Shown: positions 11,906 through 21,716 of the stretch, piece after piece
Layout of the letters: every line of letters starts with the position of its first letter
Numbering within the stretch: position 1 is the first letter of the stretch
Assembly (NCBI GenBank): GCA_011390065.1
Contig: JAABTD010000006.1
Coordinates: forward strand, 16-64,015
Direction of reading: 5' to 3'
Source of the DNA: Desulfobacteraceae bacterium
Lineage (GTDB): Bacteria; Desulfobacterota; Desulfobacteria; Desulfobacterales; JAABSP01
Length of the DNA: 64,000 bases
The notes under the pieces: generated by a model
The model's input: the letters and a program-made list of their open reading frames with translations, nothing else
Databases searched by the model: none
Told to the model about the DNA's origin: nothing
Translations under genes and position numbers: made by a program

Positions 11906-12796
11906 TTATTTAAAGCCCTTCCGGGCCAGGAGCACGCGGTCGCGTCCGGCTTTGTCCTTTCTGATGGACCAGGCGGCGTAGCCCCCGCTTTGTTGGATGA
12001 GCCGCTCCACCGCCGGTCCCTGGTCGCACCCGATCTCCAGGAGCAGATGACCGCCGGAAGAGAGGCGGTCCGGCGCGCCGCCGATGATGCGGCGGATCGC
12101 CGACAAACCGTCCCTGCCGCCGTCCAGGGCCAGGCGCGGTTCGTGATTGCGGACCTCGACCTGCAACCCGTCGATCTCCCCCGTCGGAATATAGGGAGGG
12201 TTGGAAACGATGAGGTCGAAGGGGGTCGCCGAGGGGAGGACGGCGTCGAACCAGTCGCTGCAGAAAAAAGCGACCCCGGTTTTTCCGGCGTTTCTTTTCG
12301 CCTGGCGCAGGGCGTCGGGGCTCCGGTCGGATGCGAAAAAGCGATGCCCCGGTCGTTCGGCGGCCAGAGAGAGAACAATGGCCCCTGATCCTGTTCCCAG
12401 ATCCAGCACCCTCCCGGTCGTCTCGGTCGCGTCGGCCGGCAACAGCGTCAGCGCGGTTTCCACCAGACATTCGGTCTCCGGCCGGGGGATGAGCACCGAT
12501 TCGGAAACCGCCAGATCCAGCGTCCAGAAGCCGCGCTTTCCCACGATGTACGCAACGGGCTCGCCCTGAACCCGCCGCTTGATAAGGCCCTTGAACCGGG
12601 CGAGTTCATCTTCGTGGAGCGGCTGGTCGAATCGGAGGTACAAATCGATGCGGTCGCACCTCAACGTCTCGGCGAGAAGGATCTCGGCGCCGGCCCTGGG
12701 GCTTTCGACCCCTCGGGTTTTAAAATAGTCGGCGGTCCATGTAAGAAGACTAAGGATGGTCCATAACGGCGGGTTGGCCTTCGAAGGAGTCTGCAT
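11906..12796 (-). CDS. prmC: Release factor glutamine N5-methyltransferase
   Basis: SAM motif VLDLGTGSG and NPPY motif (IVSNPPYIP). I chose the ATG at 12796; a TTG at 12832 is an alternative. Either start overlaps the prfA 3' end. Confidence 0.85.
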   Translation of the reverse strand: MQTPSKANPPLWTILSLLTWTADYFKTRGVESPRAGAEILLAETLRCDRIDLYLRFDQPLHEDELARFKGLIKRRVQGEPVAYIVGKRGFWTLDLAVSESVLIPRPETECLVETALTLLPADATETTGRVLDLGTGSGAIVLSLAAERPGHRFFASDRSPDALRQAKRNAGKTGVAFFCSDWFDAVLPSATPFDLIVSNPPYIPTGEIDGLQVEVRNHEPRLALDGGRDGLSAIRRIIGGAPDRLSSGGHLLLEIGCDQGPAVERLIQQSGGYAAWSIRKDKAGRDRVLLARKGFK

Positions 12797-13853
12797 TCTG
12801 CTGGAGCGCCTGGGCTTGATAAAAGGTGACAAGTTCGTCGATGACAGGGTCGAGATCCCCTTGGAGAATGCTGTCGAGTTTGTAAAGGGTCAGCCCGATG
12901 CGATGGTCGGTCACCCGGCCCTGGGGGAAATTATAGGTTCGAATCCGGCCGCTCCGGTCTCCGGAGCCGATCTGGCTTTTTCGCTCCTCGGACCGCTTGT
13001 CGGTCTGTTCCTGAACCATTCTGTCGAGGAGTCGGGCCCGGAGCACCTTCATGGCTTTGGCCTTGTTTTTCCACTGGGATTTTTCGTCCTGGCAGATCAC
13101 CACCACGCCGGTGGGCAGATGGGTGATGCGCACCGCGGAGTCGGTGGTGTTGACCGATTGGCCTCCGGGGCCGGTGGAGCGGTAAACGTCGATCTTGAGT
13201 TCGCCGGGATCCACGTTGAGTTCCACTTCTTCGGCTTCCGGCAGCACCGCCACCGTCACCGCGGAGGTGTGGATCCGGCCCTGGGTTTCCGTGGTGGGGA
13301 CGCGCTGGACCCGATGGGTGCCGCTTTCAAACTTGAGTCGGCTGTAGGCGCCCTGACCGTGGACCATGGCAATGACCTCCTTGAAACCGCCGGCGCCGGT
13401 CTCGTGGTGGTCCATCAGTTCCACTTTCCACCCCTGGTTCTCGGCATATCGGCCGTACATCCGGAAGAGGTCTCCGGCGAAAAGCCCCGCCTCATCGCCG
13501 CCGGCGCCGGCCCGGATTTCCAAGAGAATGTTTTTCCGGTCGTTGGGATCCCTGGGCATCAGCAGTTTTTTGAGGCGCGCTTCCAGGCGTTGTTTTTTTT
13601 CGGCCAGCCGCTCCGCTTCGTCCCGGGCCAGTTCTTTGATTTCAGGATCGCCGTCGCGCTGCAATTCGATGCTTTCATCCATTTCGCGGTCGGCCTGCCG
13701 ATACTCCCGGAAGGCGTCCACGATCTCGCCGATTTCGGAGTGCTCCCGGGCGTATTTCTGGTAGGCGTCCTGGTCCTTGAGAACGTTCGGATCGCTCAGC
13801 AGCGTTTCAAGCTCCTGGTAGCGCCTTTCGACGCCGTTGAGTTTGTCAAACAT
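12750..13853 (-). CDS. prfA: Peptide chain release factor 1
   Basis: GGQ motif ([22 protein letters not shown]) and RF-1 layout. Confidence 0.95.
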   Translation of the reverse strand: MFDKLNGVERRYQELETLLSDPNVLKDQDAYQKYAREHSEIGEIVDAFREYRQADREMDESIELQRDGDPEIKELARDEAERLAEKKQRLEARLKKLLMPRDPNDRKNILLEIRAGAGGDEAGLFAGDLFRMYGRYAENQGWKVELMDHHETGAGGFKEVIAMVHGQGAYSRLKFESGTHRVQRVPTTETQGRIHTSAVTVAVLPEAEEVELNVDPGELKIDVYRSTGPGGQSVNTTDSAVRITHLPTGVVVICQDEKSQWKNKAKAMKVLRARLLDRMVQEQTDKRSEERKSQIGSGDRSGRIRTYNFPQGRVTDHRIGLTLYKLDSILQGDLDPVIDELVTFYQAQALQQNADSFEGQPAVMDHP

Positions 13854-13868
13854 GGACGAACGGGTCCA

Positions 13869-14093
13869 TTACCGGTTTTCCTGCTGTTGCTGCTGGAATT
13901 TGGCATATTTCTTCCGGAACCGCTCGATGCGGCCGGCCGTATCCACCAGCTTCTGTTTGCCTGTGAAAAAGGGATGGCACTGGGAGCAGATCTCTATCCG
14001 GATGTCGGAACGGGTGGAGCCCACTTCGATCTGATTGCCGCAGGCGCAGGTGATGCTCGTTTCCCCATACTCGGGATGGATGTTCTCTTTCAT
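13869..14093 (-). CDS. rpmE: 50S ribosomal protein L31
   Basis: MKENIHPEY... with CxC...[10 protein letters not shown] zinc-ribbon motifs; 74 aa. Confidence 0.93.
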   Translation of the reverse strand: MKENIHPEYGETSITCACGNQIEVGSTRSDIRIEICSQCHPFFTGKQKLVDTAGRIERFRKKYAKFQQQQQENR

Positions 14094-14119
14094 GGTATTT
14101 TCAACCTCCTATAGCGATT

Positions 14120-15370
14120 TTAGGCGTTCATTGAATCCAGAAAATCCTTATTATCCTTCGTTCCCTGCATTTTTTCAAGTAAAAATTCAAGACTGTCGAC
14201 GGGATTGAGGGAGGACAGGAGTTTCCGAAGAATCCACGTCCGGTTGAGAATTTCGGGATCCAGGAGCAGCTCCTCTTTGCGGGTGCCGGATTTCTTGATA
14301 TCGATGGCCGGAAAGAGGCGCTTGTCGGACAGACGGCGATCGAGCTGGAGTTCCATGTTGCCGGTGCCCTTGAACTCCTCGAAGATCACTTCGTCCATCC
14401 GGCTTCCGGTATCGATAAGGGCCGTGGCGATGATGGTGAGACTGCCGCCCTCCTCGATGTTGCGGGCGGCCCCGAAAAACCGTTTGGGCCGCTGAAGGGC
14501 GTTGGAATCGACGCCGCCGGAGAGGATTTTGCCGCTGGGGGGGACCACGGCGTTGTAGGCCCGGGCCAGGCGGGTGATGCTGTCGAGCAGGATCACCACA
14601 TTCTTCTTGTGTTCCACCAGCCGTTTGGCCTTTTCAATGACCATTTCGGCCACCTGGACATGCCGTTCGGCCGGTTCGTCAAAGGTGGAGCTGATCACCT
14701 CGCCCCGGACGGAGCGTTCCATGTCGGTCACCTCTTCGGGGCGTTCGTCGATGAGGAGCACGAACAGCACGATGTCCTTGTGGTTGCCCACCACGCTGTT
14801 GGCGATGTTCTGGAGCAGCATGGTTTTTCCGGTTCGGGGCGGTGAAACGATCAGCCCCCGCTGTCCGAATCCGATGGGGGTCATCAGATCCATGACCCGC
14901 ATGGAGTAGTTCTCCGCCGCCATCTCCAGGTCGATCTTTTTTTCGGGATACAGCGGCGTCAGGTTGTCGAAGAGGATCTTTTCCCGGGCCACTTCCGGAT
15001 CCTCGAAATTGACGGCCTCCACTTTGAGCAGGGCGAAATACCGCTCCGATTCTTTGGGCTGGCGGATCTGGCCGGAGACGGTGTCGCCGGTCCGGAGATT
15101 GAATCGCCGGATCTGGGAGGGCGACACGTAGATGTCGTCAGGGCCTGGCAGGTAATTGGCATTGGGGGCCCGGAGGAAGCCGAATCCGTCGGGCAGCACT
15201 TCCAGGGTGCCTTCGCCGTAGATCAGCCCGTTTTTTTCGATCTGGGCCTGGAGCAGGGCGAAGATCAGCTCCTGTTTGCGCATTCCGGCGGCGGAATCGA
15301 TGTTGAACGTTTTGGCCATATCGGCCAGTTCTTTGATTTTTTTGTTCTTAAGCTCTACGATATTCATCAT
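14120..15370 (-). CDS. rho: Transcription termination factor Rho
   Basis: The start was moved to [20 protein letters not shown] (Rho N-terminal domain), which has an AGGAAAG SD upstream. Also present: GFGFLR RNA-binding motif and Walker A PPRTGKT. Confidence 0.95.
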   Translation of the reverse strand: MMNIVELKNKKIKELADMAKTFNIDSAAGMRKQELIFALLQAQIEKNGLIYGEGTLEVLPDGFGFLRAPNANYLPGPDDIYVSPSQIRRFNLRTGDTVSGQIRQPKESERYFALLKVEAVNFEDPEVAREKILFDNLTPLYPEKKIDLEMAAENYSMRVMDLMTPIGFGQRGLIVSPPRTGKTMLLQNIANSVVGNHKDIVLFVLLIDERPEEVTDMERSVRGEVISSTFDEPAERHVQVAEMVIEKAKRLVEHKKNVVILLDSITRLARAYNAVVPPSGKILSGGVDSNALQRPKRFFGAARNIEEGGSLTIIATALIDTGSRMDEVIFEEFKGTGNMELQLDRRLSDKRLFPAIDIKKSGTRKEELLLDPEILNRTWILRKLLSSLNPVDSLEFLLEKMQGTKDNKDFLDSMNA

Positions 15371-15735
15371 GGGAACTTTCCTGTTGGGTATTGATGTCAA
15401 GGCGTTCCGCTCCGGTCCCACTACCGGAAAGGTCGCAGCGTTCATACGGTGCTATGGCGTTTTTCCTGGACAGAGCGTCCGATAAGACCATTGCTTTGAT
15501 TTATCGAAAAAAGCCGGTGTTTGCTGTAGACGGTTTGTGTGATTTAATGGCGATTAGGCGGTTGATGGAATGATTGGGTCCTTTGGTGCTTGGAGATGTC
15601 AGATTGTTTATGTGATTCTGTTTCAGAAGAATGAAAAAACTAGGTATTTTTTCAAAGGGGGGCCAAGAGCCGTATCTTGTAAAACTCAAAATAATACGAT
15701 GATCCCAGGGCTGTCAAGTCCCAAAAAGGAAAACT

Positions 15736-17136
15736 TTGGAAAATTCTGTGAAAATTGAGTCGAGCCTTCCCCGTCGCTTCCGGGAGATCCTCTCCCAGAC
15801 CCCGGGCGCTTACCTGGTGGGCGGGTGGGTGCGGGATGCGTTGATCGGGAAAATCCCGGTCGATTGTGATCTGGCGGTCGCTTCGGACCCGGCCGGGTTT
15901 GCAGCGCGCCTGGCGGAAGCGGCGGGCAGCCGGGTGATTTTGATGGGGAAGCCGGGGATGCAGGTGCATCGCGTGCCGTTCCGGGATCTCAGCTTCGATG
16001 TTTCGCCCCTGTACGGCGGCCATATCGCGGCGGATCTGCGCCGCCGGGATTTCACCATCAACGCCATGGCTTATGAACCGGCATCGGGTCGGATCATCGA
16101 CCCCGCCGACGGCCGCCGGGACCTGGGCCGTCGGATCCGCATGGTCTCCGAGGCGGCGTTTCAGCAGGATCCGCTCCGAATGCTCCGGGCGTTTCGACTG
16201 GCCGCCGTCCTCGGGCTCGCCATCGAAGAGAAAACGTTGGCGGCCATCAGGGCGCATGGCGACCGCATTCAGGGGATCGCCGGAGAACGGGTCCGGGAGG
16301 AACTTGTCAAATTTTTTCATTCCGACGATTCAGCGCCTTATCTTGAGCAGATGGCCGGAAGCGGCCTTCTGGAAACGCTTTTGCCTGAATTGACCCCCCT
16401 GAAGCAGTGTCCGCCGAACCGCCGCCACCGGTTCGACCCCTTCACGCACACCCTTGCCGCCTACGGACATCTGGAAGCGTTGCTGCGATCTCCGGAGGCA
16501 ACGTTTCCGGCAACGGTCGCTGCCATCGTTCCCAAAGAGGCGGCATTGCTCAAATGGGCGATGGTGCTCCACGATATCGGGAAACCGCCGACCTGTCGGG
16601 AGGACGACGCCGGAGAGATTCATTATCATGGCCATGATCGCGTCGGCGCCGATCTGGCTGCGGCCGTCTGCGGGCGATTGCGGTTTTCCAGGGAGGAAGG
16701 TCGGTTCGTGGAAGCGGTCGTCCGCCATCACCTGGGGCCCCTTCATCTCTTTTTGCTGCACGCGCAGGGGCGGCTGGGCCGTCGCGCCGTCTCCCGCTTT
16801 TTCATGCGGTGCGGCGACCAAACGGCCCATGTTCTGGTCCACGGGCTTGCAGATTACCTGGGAAAGGGGCGGTCCGACGCCGATGAAACCCGTCGCTTCA
16901 CATCGTTTATTCGCTGGATGGGGGGTCCGCTGTACGCCGATTTCAAGGCGACGTCCGCGCTTCCCCCTCTGATCACCGGTCGCGATTTGATCCAGGAATT
17001 GAATCTGCCCCCGTCGCCGGTCTTCAAGCGGGTGTTGCAAGGGGTCGAGACCGCCCGGCTTGCCGGAGCGGTCCGAACCCGGGAAGAGGCCCTGCAGGCG
17101 GCAGCCGATTTGCTGTCGAAGATGGACGACACTTGA
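15736..17136 (+). CDS. cca: CCA-adding tRNA nucleotidyltransferase / poly(A) polymerase family with HD domain
   Basis: GGWVRDALIG...DCDLAV nucleotidyltransferase motif and HD motif VLHDIGKP. TTG start after AAGGAAA; a GTG at 15748 is an alternative. Confidence 0.8.
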   Translation: MENSVKIESSLPRRFREILSQTPGAYLVGGWVRDALIGKIPVDCDLAVASDPAGFAARLAEAAGSRVILMGKPGMQVHRVPFRDLSFDVSPLYGGHIAADLRRRDFTINAMAYEPASGRIIDPADGRRDLGRRIRMVSEAAFQQDPLRMLRAFRLAAVLGLAIEEKTLAAIRAHGDRIQGIAGERVREELVKFFHSDDSAPYLEQMAGSGLLETLLPELTPLKQCPPNRRHRFDPFTHTLAAYGHLEALLRSPEATFPATVAAIVPKEAALLKWAMVLHDIGKPPTCREDDAGEIHYHGHDRVGADLAAAVCGRLRFSREEGRFVEAVVRHHLGPLHLFLLHAQGRLGRRAVSRFFMRCGDQTAHVLVHGLADYLGKGRSDADETRRFTSFIRWMGGPLYADFKATSALPPLITGRDLIQELNLPPSPVFKRVLQGVETARLAGAVRTREEALQAAADLLSKMDDT

Positions 17137-17230
17137 CAACCCATCGCCATTTTTATAGGTAGGGTCCGAGTGATTTGCAGACAAGGATCCAGTTGGCGGA
17201 AGATTCCACATCCCATTCACAGGAGGAACC

Positions 17231-17902
17231 ATGAACATTCTGTTTTTCGGACCAAACGGCAGCGGCAAGGGCACCCAGGGAGCGATCCTGAAGGGCAAAT
17301 ACAACATCCCTCACATCGAATCCGGCGCCATTTTCCGGGAAAACATCTCCAAGGGCACCGAGTTGGGGGCCAAGGCCAAGGAGTACATCAATCGCGGCGA
17401 TCTGGTGCCGGATGAGATCACCATTCCCATGATTCTCGATCGGCTGAAGCAGGACGACGCAAAAAAGGGCTGGCTCCTGGACGGCTTCCCCCGAAACAAG
17501 AATCAGGCCATCAAGCTGGACGAAGCCCTGAACGCGGCCGACATGGCGCTGGGTATCGTGATTGAGGTGCTCCTTGACCGGGAGATCGCCAAAAAACGGA
17601 TCATGGGCCGCCGGCTCTGCGTCAATGACAACAACCATCCCAACAACATTTATATTGACGCCATCAAGCCCGATGGCGACAAGTGTCGGGTCTGCGGCGG
17701 CGACCTCAAGACCCGGGACGATGATCAGGACGAAGCCGCCATCGACAAACGCCACAGCATTTACTACGATGCGGAGACCGGCACCCTGGCGGCGGCCTAT
17801 TATTTTAAAGACAAGGCCAAGGACGGTTCCCTCAAATACATCGAACTCGACGGCGAACCGAGCGTCAAAGAGGTCACGAACCAACTGGTCTCCAAGCTGT
17901 AG
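17231..17902 (+). CDS. adk: Adenylate kinase (long form with metal-binding lid)
   Basis: P-loop GPNGSGKGTQ, a lid with Cys-X5-His-X15-Cys-X2-Cys, and an AGGAGG SD. Confidence 0.95.
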   Translation: MNILFFGPNGSGKGTQGAILKGKYNIPHIESGAIFRENISKGTELGAKAKEYINRGDLVPDEITIPMILDRLKQDDAKKGWLLDGFPRNKNQAIKLDEALNAADMALGIVIEVLLDREIAKKRIMGRRLCVNDNNHPNNIYIDAIKPDGDKCRVCGGDLKTRDDDQDEAAIDKRHSIYYDAETGTLAAAYYFKDKAKDGSLKYIELDGEPSVKEVTNQLVSKL

Positions 17903-17932
17903 GTCGTCTTTCTGCCATTCATCCGCCCGTCT

Positions 17933-17968
17933 GTAGGGGCGAAAACCTTTTCGCCCCTACCCTTTTTC
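17933..17968 (+). terminator. Intrinsic terminator after adk
   Basis: GTAGGGGCGAAAA-CC-TTTTCGCCCCTAC followed by CCTTTTTC. Confidence 0.6.
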
Positions 17969-17987
17969 AACTGTTTCGCCTTTTCCC

Positions 17988-18016
17988 TTGCCAAACGACG
18001 CATTTCGGTGTATGTT
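17988..18016 (+). promoter_or_regulatory. Sigma70-like promoter candidate for rpsU
   Basis: TTGCCA, 17 nt spacer, TATGTT, about 70 nt upstream of the rpsU start. Confidence 0.45.
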
Positions 18017-18088
18017 GATCTGATATCGATCTGGATTAAATAACCATCTGCAGAGAAAAGGCGATGGAACGAAAGGGGCGAGGAAAAG

Positions 18089-18295
18089 TTGAAAAATATC
18101 GAGGTCAAAGTTTTCGACAACGACCTGGAAAAAGCCATGCGCATTTTGAAGAAAAAGATTCAGAATGACGGGCTTTTCAAGCGGTTGAAGCTCAAGAAGA
18201 GCTATGAAAAACCGAGTGAACACCGTCGTCGCAAACAAAGAGAAGCTTTGCGTCGGCAGCGCATTGCCGCGGCCAGAAGCCGGCGCTACCGCTGA
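18089..18295 (+). CDS. rpsU: 30S ribosomal protein S21
   Basis: 68 aa and basic. IEVKVFDNDLEKAMRILKKKIQNDGLFKRLK is the typical S21 sequence. TTG start after a purine-rich SD. Confidence 0.9.
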   Translation: MKNIEVKVFDNDLEKAMRILKKKIQNDGLFKRLKLKKSYEKPSEHRRRKQREALRRQRIAAARSRRYR

Positions 18296-18321
18296 TAAAG
18301 AATCAGAAAAGCAATTCCCCG

Positions 18322-18354
18322 CCCGGCACGGATGCCAGCGTGCCGGGTTTTTTT
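18322..18354 (+). terminator. Intrinsic terminator after rpsU
   Basis: cccggcacg-gatgccag-cgtgccggg followed by ttttttt. Confidence 0.7.
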
Positions 18355-18370
18355 GTGCAAGAGACGCCTG

Positions 18371-19672
18371 ATGAACACGCAACGGGAATATAACGCCTGC
18401 CTGCAGGCCATGTACGGCATGCGGCGGTTCGGCATCAAGCTGGAACTCACCACCATCCGCCGGATGTTGAAGGGCCTGGGCGATCCCCAGAAGGCTTTCC
18501 GGGCCATCCATGTGGCCGGCACCAATGGAAAGGGATCCATCGCTTCGGCGCTGTCCACCATTCTCCATCTGGCCGGATACAAAACCGGGCTGTTCACCTC
18601 CCCCCACTTGGTCCGGTTCAACGAGCGGATACGGGTCAACAACCGGGAGATCGAAGACGACGCCGTGATCGGCGCCTATGCGGCGGTCAAATCGGTGGCC
18701 CCCGGCGAGCGGGAACCCACCTTCTTCGAGTTTTCCACGGCCATGGCCCTGTACGAATTCGCCCGACAGGGCGTTCAATGGGCGGTGGTGGAGACCGGCA
18801 TGGGGGGGCGGATGGATGCCACCAATCTTCTGGAACCGGCGCTTTGCATCATCTCCAATGTCTCCATGGAACACCAGATGTACCTGGGGGACTCCATCGC
18901 TCAGATCGCCGGCGAGAAGGCCGGGATCATCAAGCCGGATACCCCCGTGGTCACCGGCGTGCGCCAGGCCAGCGCCATCGCCGTGATCGAAGAAACCGCC
19001 CGGAAACAGTCGGCGCCGTTGCATCGGCTGAAGGAAGGGTTCCGGATCCGCCGCGGCCGGAACGGCGCCTTCACCTACTATGGGCTCGATCACGTCTGGA
19101 CGGGGATGCGCAGCGGCCTGGCCGGCGGGTTTCAGGCGGACAATGCCGCCCTGGTGCTGGCTGCTTGCGAGGCGCTCCTTCGCCGGGGCGTCGAACTGCC
19201 GCTGGACCGCATCCGGGAAGGATTGAGGGTCAACCGGTGGCCGGGGCGGCTGGAAGTGGCGTCGCAATCTCCCTATGTTCTGCTGGACGGCGCCCATAAT
19301 TTCATGGCGGCGCGAAATCTGGGGCGATTCCTTACCGAATCTCTCTCCGATCGGAACATCACGCTGGTCGTGGGCATTCTGGACGACAAGCCCTACGCGG
19401 CCATGCTCAAATCGCTCCTGCCGGCCTGCAAACGGGTCGTGGTGACCCGGGCGCGAACCGATCGGGCCCTGCCGCCGGAGATCCTGGCGGCAGCGGCATC
19501 TGAAATAATGACCGACATCACCCTGATCCCCGATGTGGCGGAGGCCGTCGATCATGCGATCCGAACCTCCGGCCCGGGGGACGCCGTCTGCATCGCCGGA
19601 TCCCTTTACGTGGTCGGTGAAGCCCGGGCCGCCCTGGCGCAGACCGGCTATATCGCCGACCCCGCCTCCTGA
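18371..19672 (+). CDS. folC: Bifunctional folylpolyglutamate synthase / dihydrofolate synthase
   Basis: Mur-ligase P-loop HVAGTNGKGS. The start was set at the ATG after the rpsU terminator (MNTQREYNACL...). Confidence 0.88.
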   Translation: MNTQREYNACLQAMYGMRRFGIKLELTTIRRMLKGLGDPQKAFRAIHVAGTNGKGSIASALSTILHLAGYKTGLFTSPHLVRFNERIRVNNREIEDDAVIGAYAAVKSVAPGEREPTFFEFSTAMALYEFARQGVQWAVVETGMGGRMDATNLLEPALCIISNVSMEHQMYLGDSIAQIAGEKAGIIKPDTPVVTGVRQASAIAVIEETARKQSAPLHRLKEGFRIRRGRNGAFTYYGLDHVWTGMRSGLAGGFQADNAALVLAACEALLRRGVELPLDRIREGLRVNRWPGRLEVASQSPYVLLDGAHNFMAARNLGRFLTESLSDRNITLVVGILDDKPYAAMLKSLLPACKRVVVTRARTDRALPPEILAAAASEIMTDITLIPDVAEAVDHAIRTSGPGDAVCIAGSLYVVGEARAALAQTGYIADPAS

Positions 19673-19722
19673 CAGAGGGGGACGAACAGAGGGGGCGAAA
19701 GGGCCGCCTGGAAATTTGGGGC

Positions 19723-19751
19723 TTGACGGATCCGTTTCCCGGGTGTATAGA
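19723..19751 (+). promoter_or_regulatory. Sigma70-like promoter candidate for tRNA-Arg
   Basis: TTGACG, 17 nt spacer, TATAGA, about 30 nt upstream of the tRNA 5' end. Confidence 0.4.
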
Positions 19752-19781
19752 ACCTAAACAGCATCATGCAGTCCTGAGCGT

Positions 19782-19857
19782 GCGCCCGTAGCTCAGAGGA
19801 TAGAGCGTCAGCCTCCGGAGCTGAAAGCCGCTGGTTCGATCCCAGCCGGGCGCACCA
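19782..19857 (+). tRNA. tRNA-Arg (anticodon CCG), CCA encoded
   Basis: Hand-folded cloverleaf: acceptor GCGCCCG/CGGGCGC, D arm GCTC/GAGC, anticodon stem TCAGC/GCTGA with loop CTCCGGA, T arm GCTGG-TTCGATC-CCAGC, then ACCA. Confidence 0.9.
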
Positions 19858-19938
19858 TCTCCCCGCTTTTCCCATCCCCATTTTGCGTTGCCCATTTCCC
19901 TTGCACAGACCGCGTCAATGATTATAGTTTTGTTCATT

Positions 19939-21708
19939 ATGACACACAGCGAAAAAATACCCAGCCCCAAAGAGCTGGAAAAGGAAATCGGAGAGTTCCT
20001 GGCGAAAAAGTTCGGAGGAGAGGTCAAGATCGTTTCTCCTTCCAGATCGCCCAAAGCGCTGTCGGCGGAAGACGGCGCAGAAGACGGGTCCGCCAGAAAG
20101 AAACGCAAGATCAATTTCGACCTGAAGCCGGAGGAACTGATCGATCACCTGGATCAGTACATCGTCAAACAGGATAGCGCCAAAGCCATTCTGGCTACCA
20201 AGGTCTGCACCCATTTCAATCGCATCAAACACGCTCAGGCCATGCCCGGCGACGGCGCCGACATGGTGGGCCGGATCAAGAACAATGTGTTGATGATCGG
20301 CCCCACCGGGGTCGGCAAGACCTACATGATCCGGCTCATCGCCCAGAAGCTGGGGGTGCCCTTTGTCAAGGGCGACGCCACCAAATTCAGTGAAACCGGC
20401 TATGTGGGCGGCGATGTGGAGGATCTCGTCCGGGATCTCGTCCGGGAAGCCGACGGCGATGTCGCACTGGCCGAAAACGGCATCATTTATATCGACGAAA
20501 TCGACAAAATCGCTTCCAGCCAGAACTTCGTTGGCGCCGATGTGTCGAGAACCGGGGTCCAGCGGGCGCTGCTCAAGCCCATGGAGGAAACCGAGATCGA
20601 GTTGAAGCCGCCGCATGACCCCATCTCCATGATGCAGGAAATCGAAAAGTTCCGGCGGACCGGACAGCGGGAGCAACGCACCGTCAGCACCCGGAACATC
20701 CTCTTCATCATGAGCGGGGCCTTCGGCGATCTGGCCGATATCATCAAAAAACGAATGACCCATCAGCCCATCGGGTTCGGCGCCCAGATCCAGACCGGAA
20801 AGGATGCAGCGGAGATTCTGAGCCATGTCCGGTCCGAGGACCTGACCCGGTTCGGGTTCGAAGCGGAGTTCATCGGGCGTCTGCCGGTCGTGTCGGTATT
20901 CGAGAGCCTGACCGAATCCGATCTCCTGGAGATCCTCAAAAACCCCAATAATCCGGTTATGCAGAGCAAAAAGCTCGACTTTGCCGCATATGGCATCGGG
21001 ATCAAGTTCGCGGAAACCGTGCTGGAGAAACTGGCCGCCGACGCCTATGCCGAAGGCACCGGGGCCAGGGGACTGGTCAGCGCCATTGAAAGGGCGCTCC
21101 TGGCCTTTGAAAAAAGGCTGCCGTCCACGCCCATTCGAAAATTTCCCGTCACCGACAAAGTGCTCAGCGCACCGGAAGCCGCACTCCGGGGAATGATCGA
21201 GGCGGAAACAGAGGCGGATATCGAGACCGATTACCAGCGGCTCCACGATGTGGAAAAGACCGCCGTCAAAGCGTATGTGACCCAGCGCAAACTAAAGCTG
21301 TCCGTCAAATACGGCATCTCCCTGACCCCGCCCCACATCGATGCCGTCGCGGAGTATTACTGCCGCCACATCACGACGGTGGAAACCGTGGTGCAGAAGG
21401 TCAAGCAATTCTCCGACGAGATCAAAAAGATGGAACTGTATTTTTTCCAGAACCACGACATCAACATCGTGCTGGAGGAGGACGCCGTCCACTTTTTTAT
21501 CCAACAGTATATGGACGAGATCACCGATTTCGAAGAGATCTACCGGCGGTTCTGCGCCGATTTCGAATATGGTCTGAAACTCGTTCGGGAGCGCATCGGC
21601 CGAAACCGGTTCTTCATCACCCGGGACGCCCTGGTCGATCCCGAAACCTATATCGGCAATCTGCTCACGGACACTGAAACCCTTTCAATGAACCCCCCCA
21701 ATGTATAG
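19939..21708 (+). CDS. ClpX-family AAA+ ATPase paralog lacking the N-terminal zinc finger, with a C-terminal extension of about 170 aa
   Basis: Walker A GPTGVGKT, pore loop GYVG, Walker B IIYIDEIDK, IGF-like PIGFGA, EFIGRLPVV and sensor GARGL. There is no CxxC zinc-binding domain. The start was moved to the ATG at 19939 (MTHSEKIPSP). Confidence 0.8.
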   Translation: MTHSEKIPSPKELEKEIGEFLAKKFGGEVKIVSPSRSPKALSAEDGAEDGSARKKRKINFDLKPEELIDHLDQYIVKQDSAKAILATKVCTHFNRIKHAQAMPGDGADMVGRIKNNVLMIGPTGVGKTYMIRLIAQKLGVPFVKGDATKFSETGYVGGDVEDLVRDLVREADGDVALAENGIIYIDEIDKIASSQNFVGADVSRTGVQRALLKPMEETEIELKPPHDPISMMQEIEKFRRTGQREQRTVSTRNILFIMSGAFGDLADIIKKRMTHQPIGFGAQIQTGKDAAEILSHVRSEDLTRFGFEAEFIGRLPVVSVFESLTESDLLEILKNPNNPVMQSKKLDFAAYGIGIKFAETVLEKLAADAYAEGTGARGLVSAIERALLAFEKRLPSTPIRKFPVTDKVLSAPEAALRGMIEAETEADIETDYQRLHDVEKTAVKAYVTQRKLKLSVKYGISLTPPHIDAVAEYYCRHITTVETVVQKVKQFSDEIKKMELYFFQNHDINIVLEEDAVHFFIQQYMDEITDFEEIYRRFCADFEYGLKLVRERIGRNRFFITRDALVDPETYIGNLLTDTETLSMNPPNV

Positions 21709-21716
21709 GCGCTGAG

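Noticed and set aside
12756-14114. 452-aa ORF on the plus strand across prfA/rpmE
   Set aside because: It is an antisense shadow ORF of prfA and rpmE with low-complexity composition.
15501-15689. 62-aa ORF in the rho-cca intergenic region
   Set aside because: It has no SD and an odd composition, and it lies in an A/T-rich leader. It is probably non-coding.
17957-19555. 532-aa ORF on the minus strand across rpsU/folC
   Set aside because: It is antisense to rpsU and folC and spans a terminator and a promoter. It is a shadow ORF.
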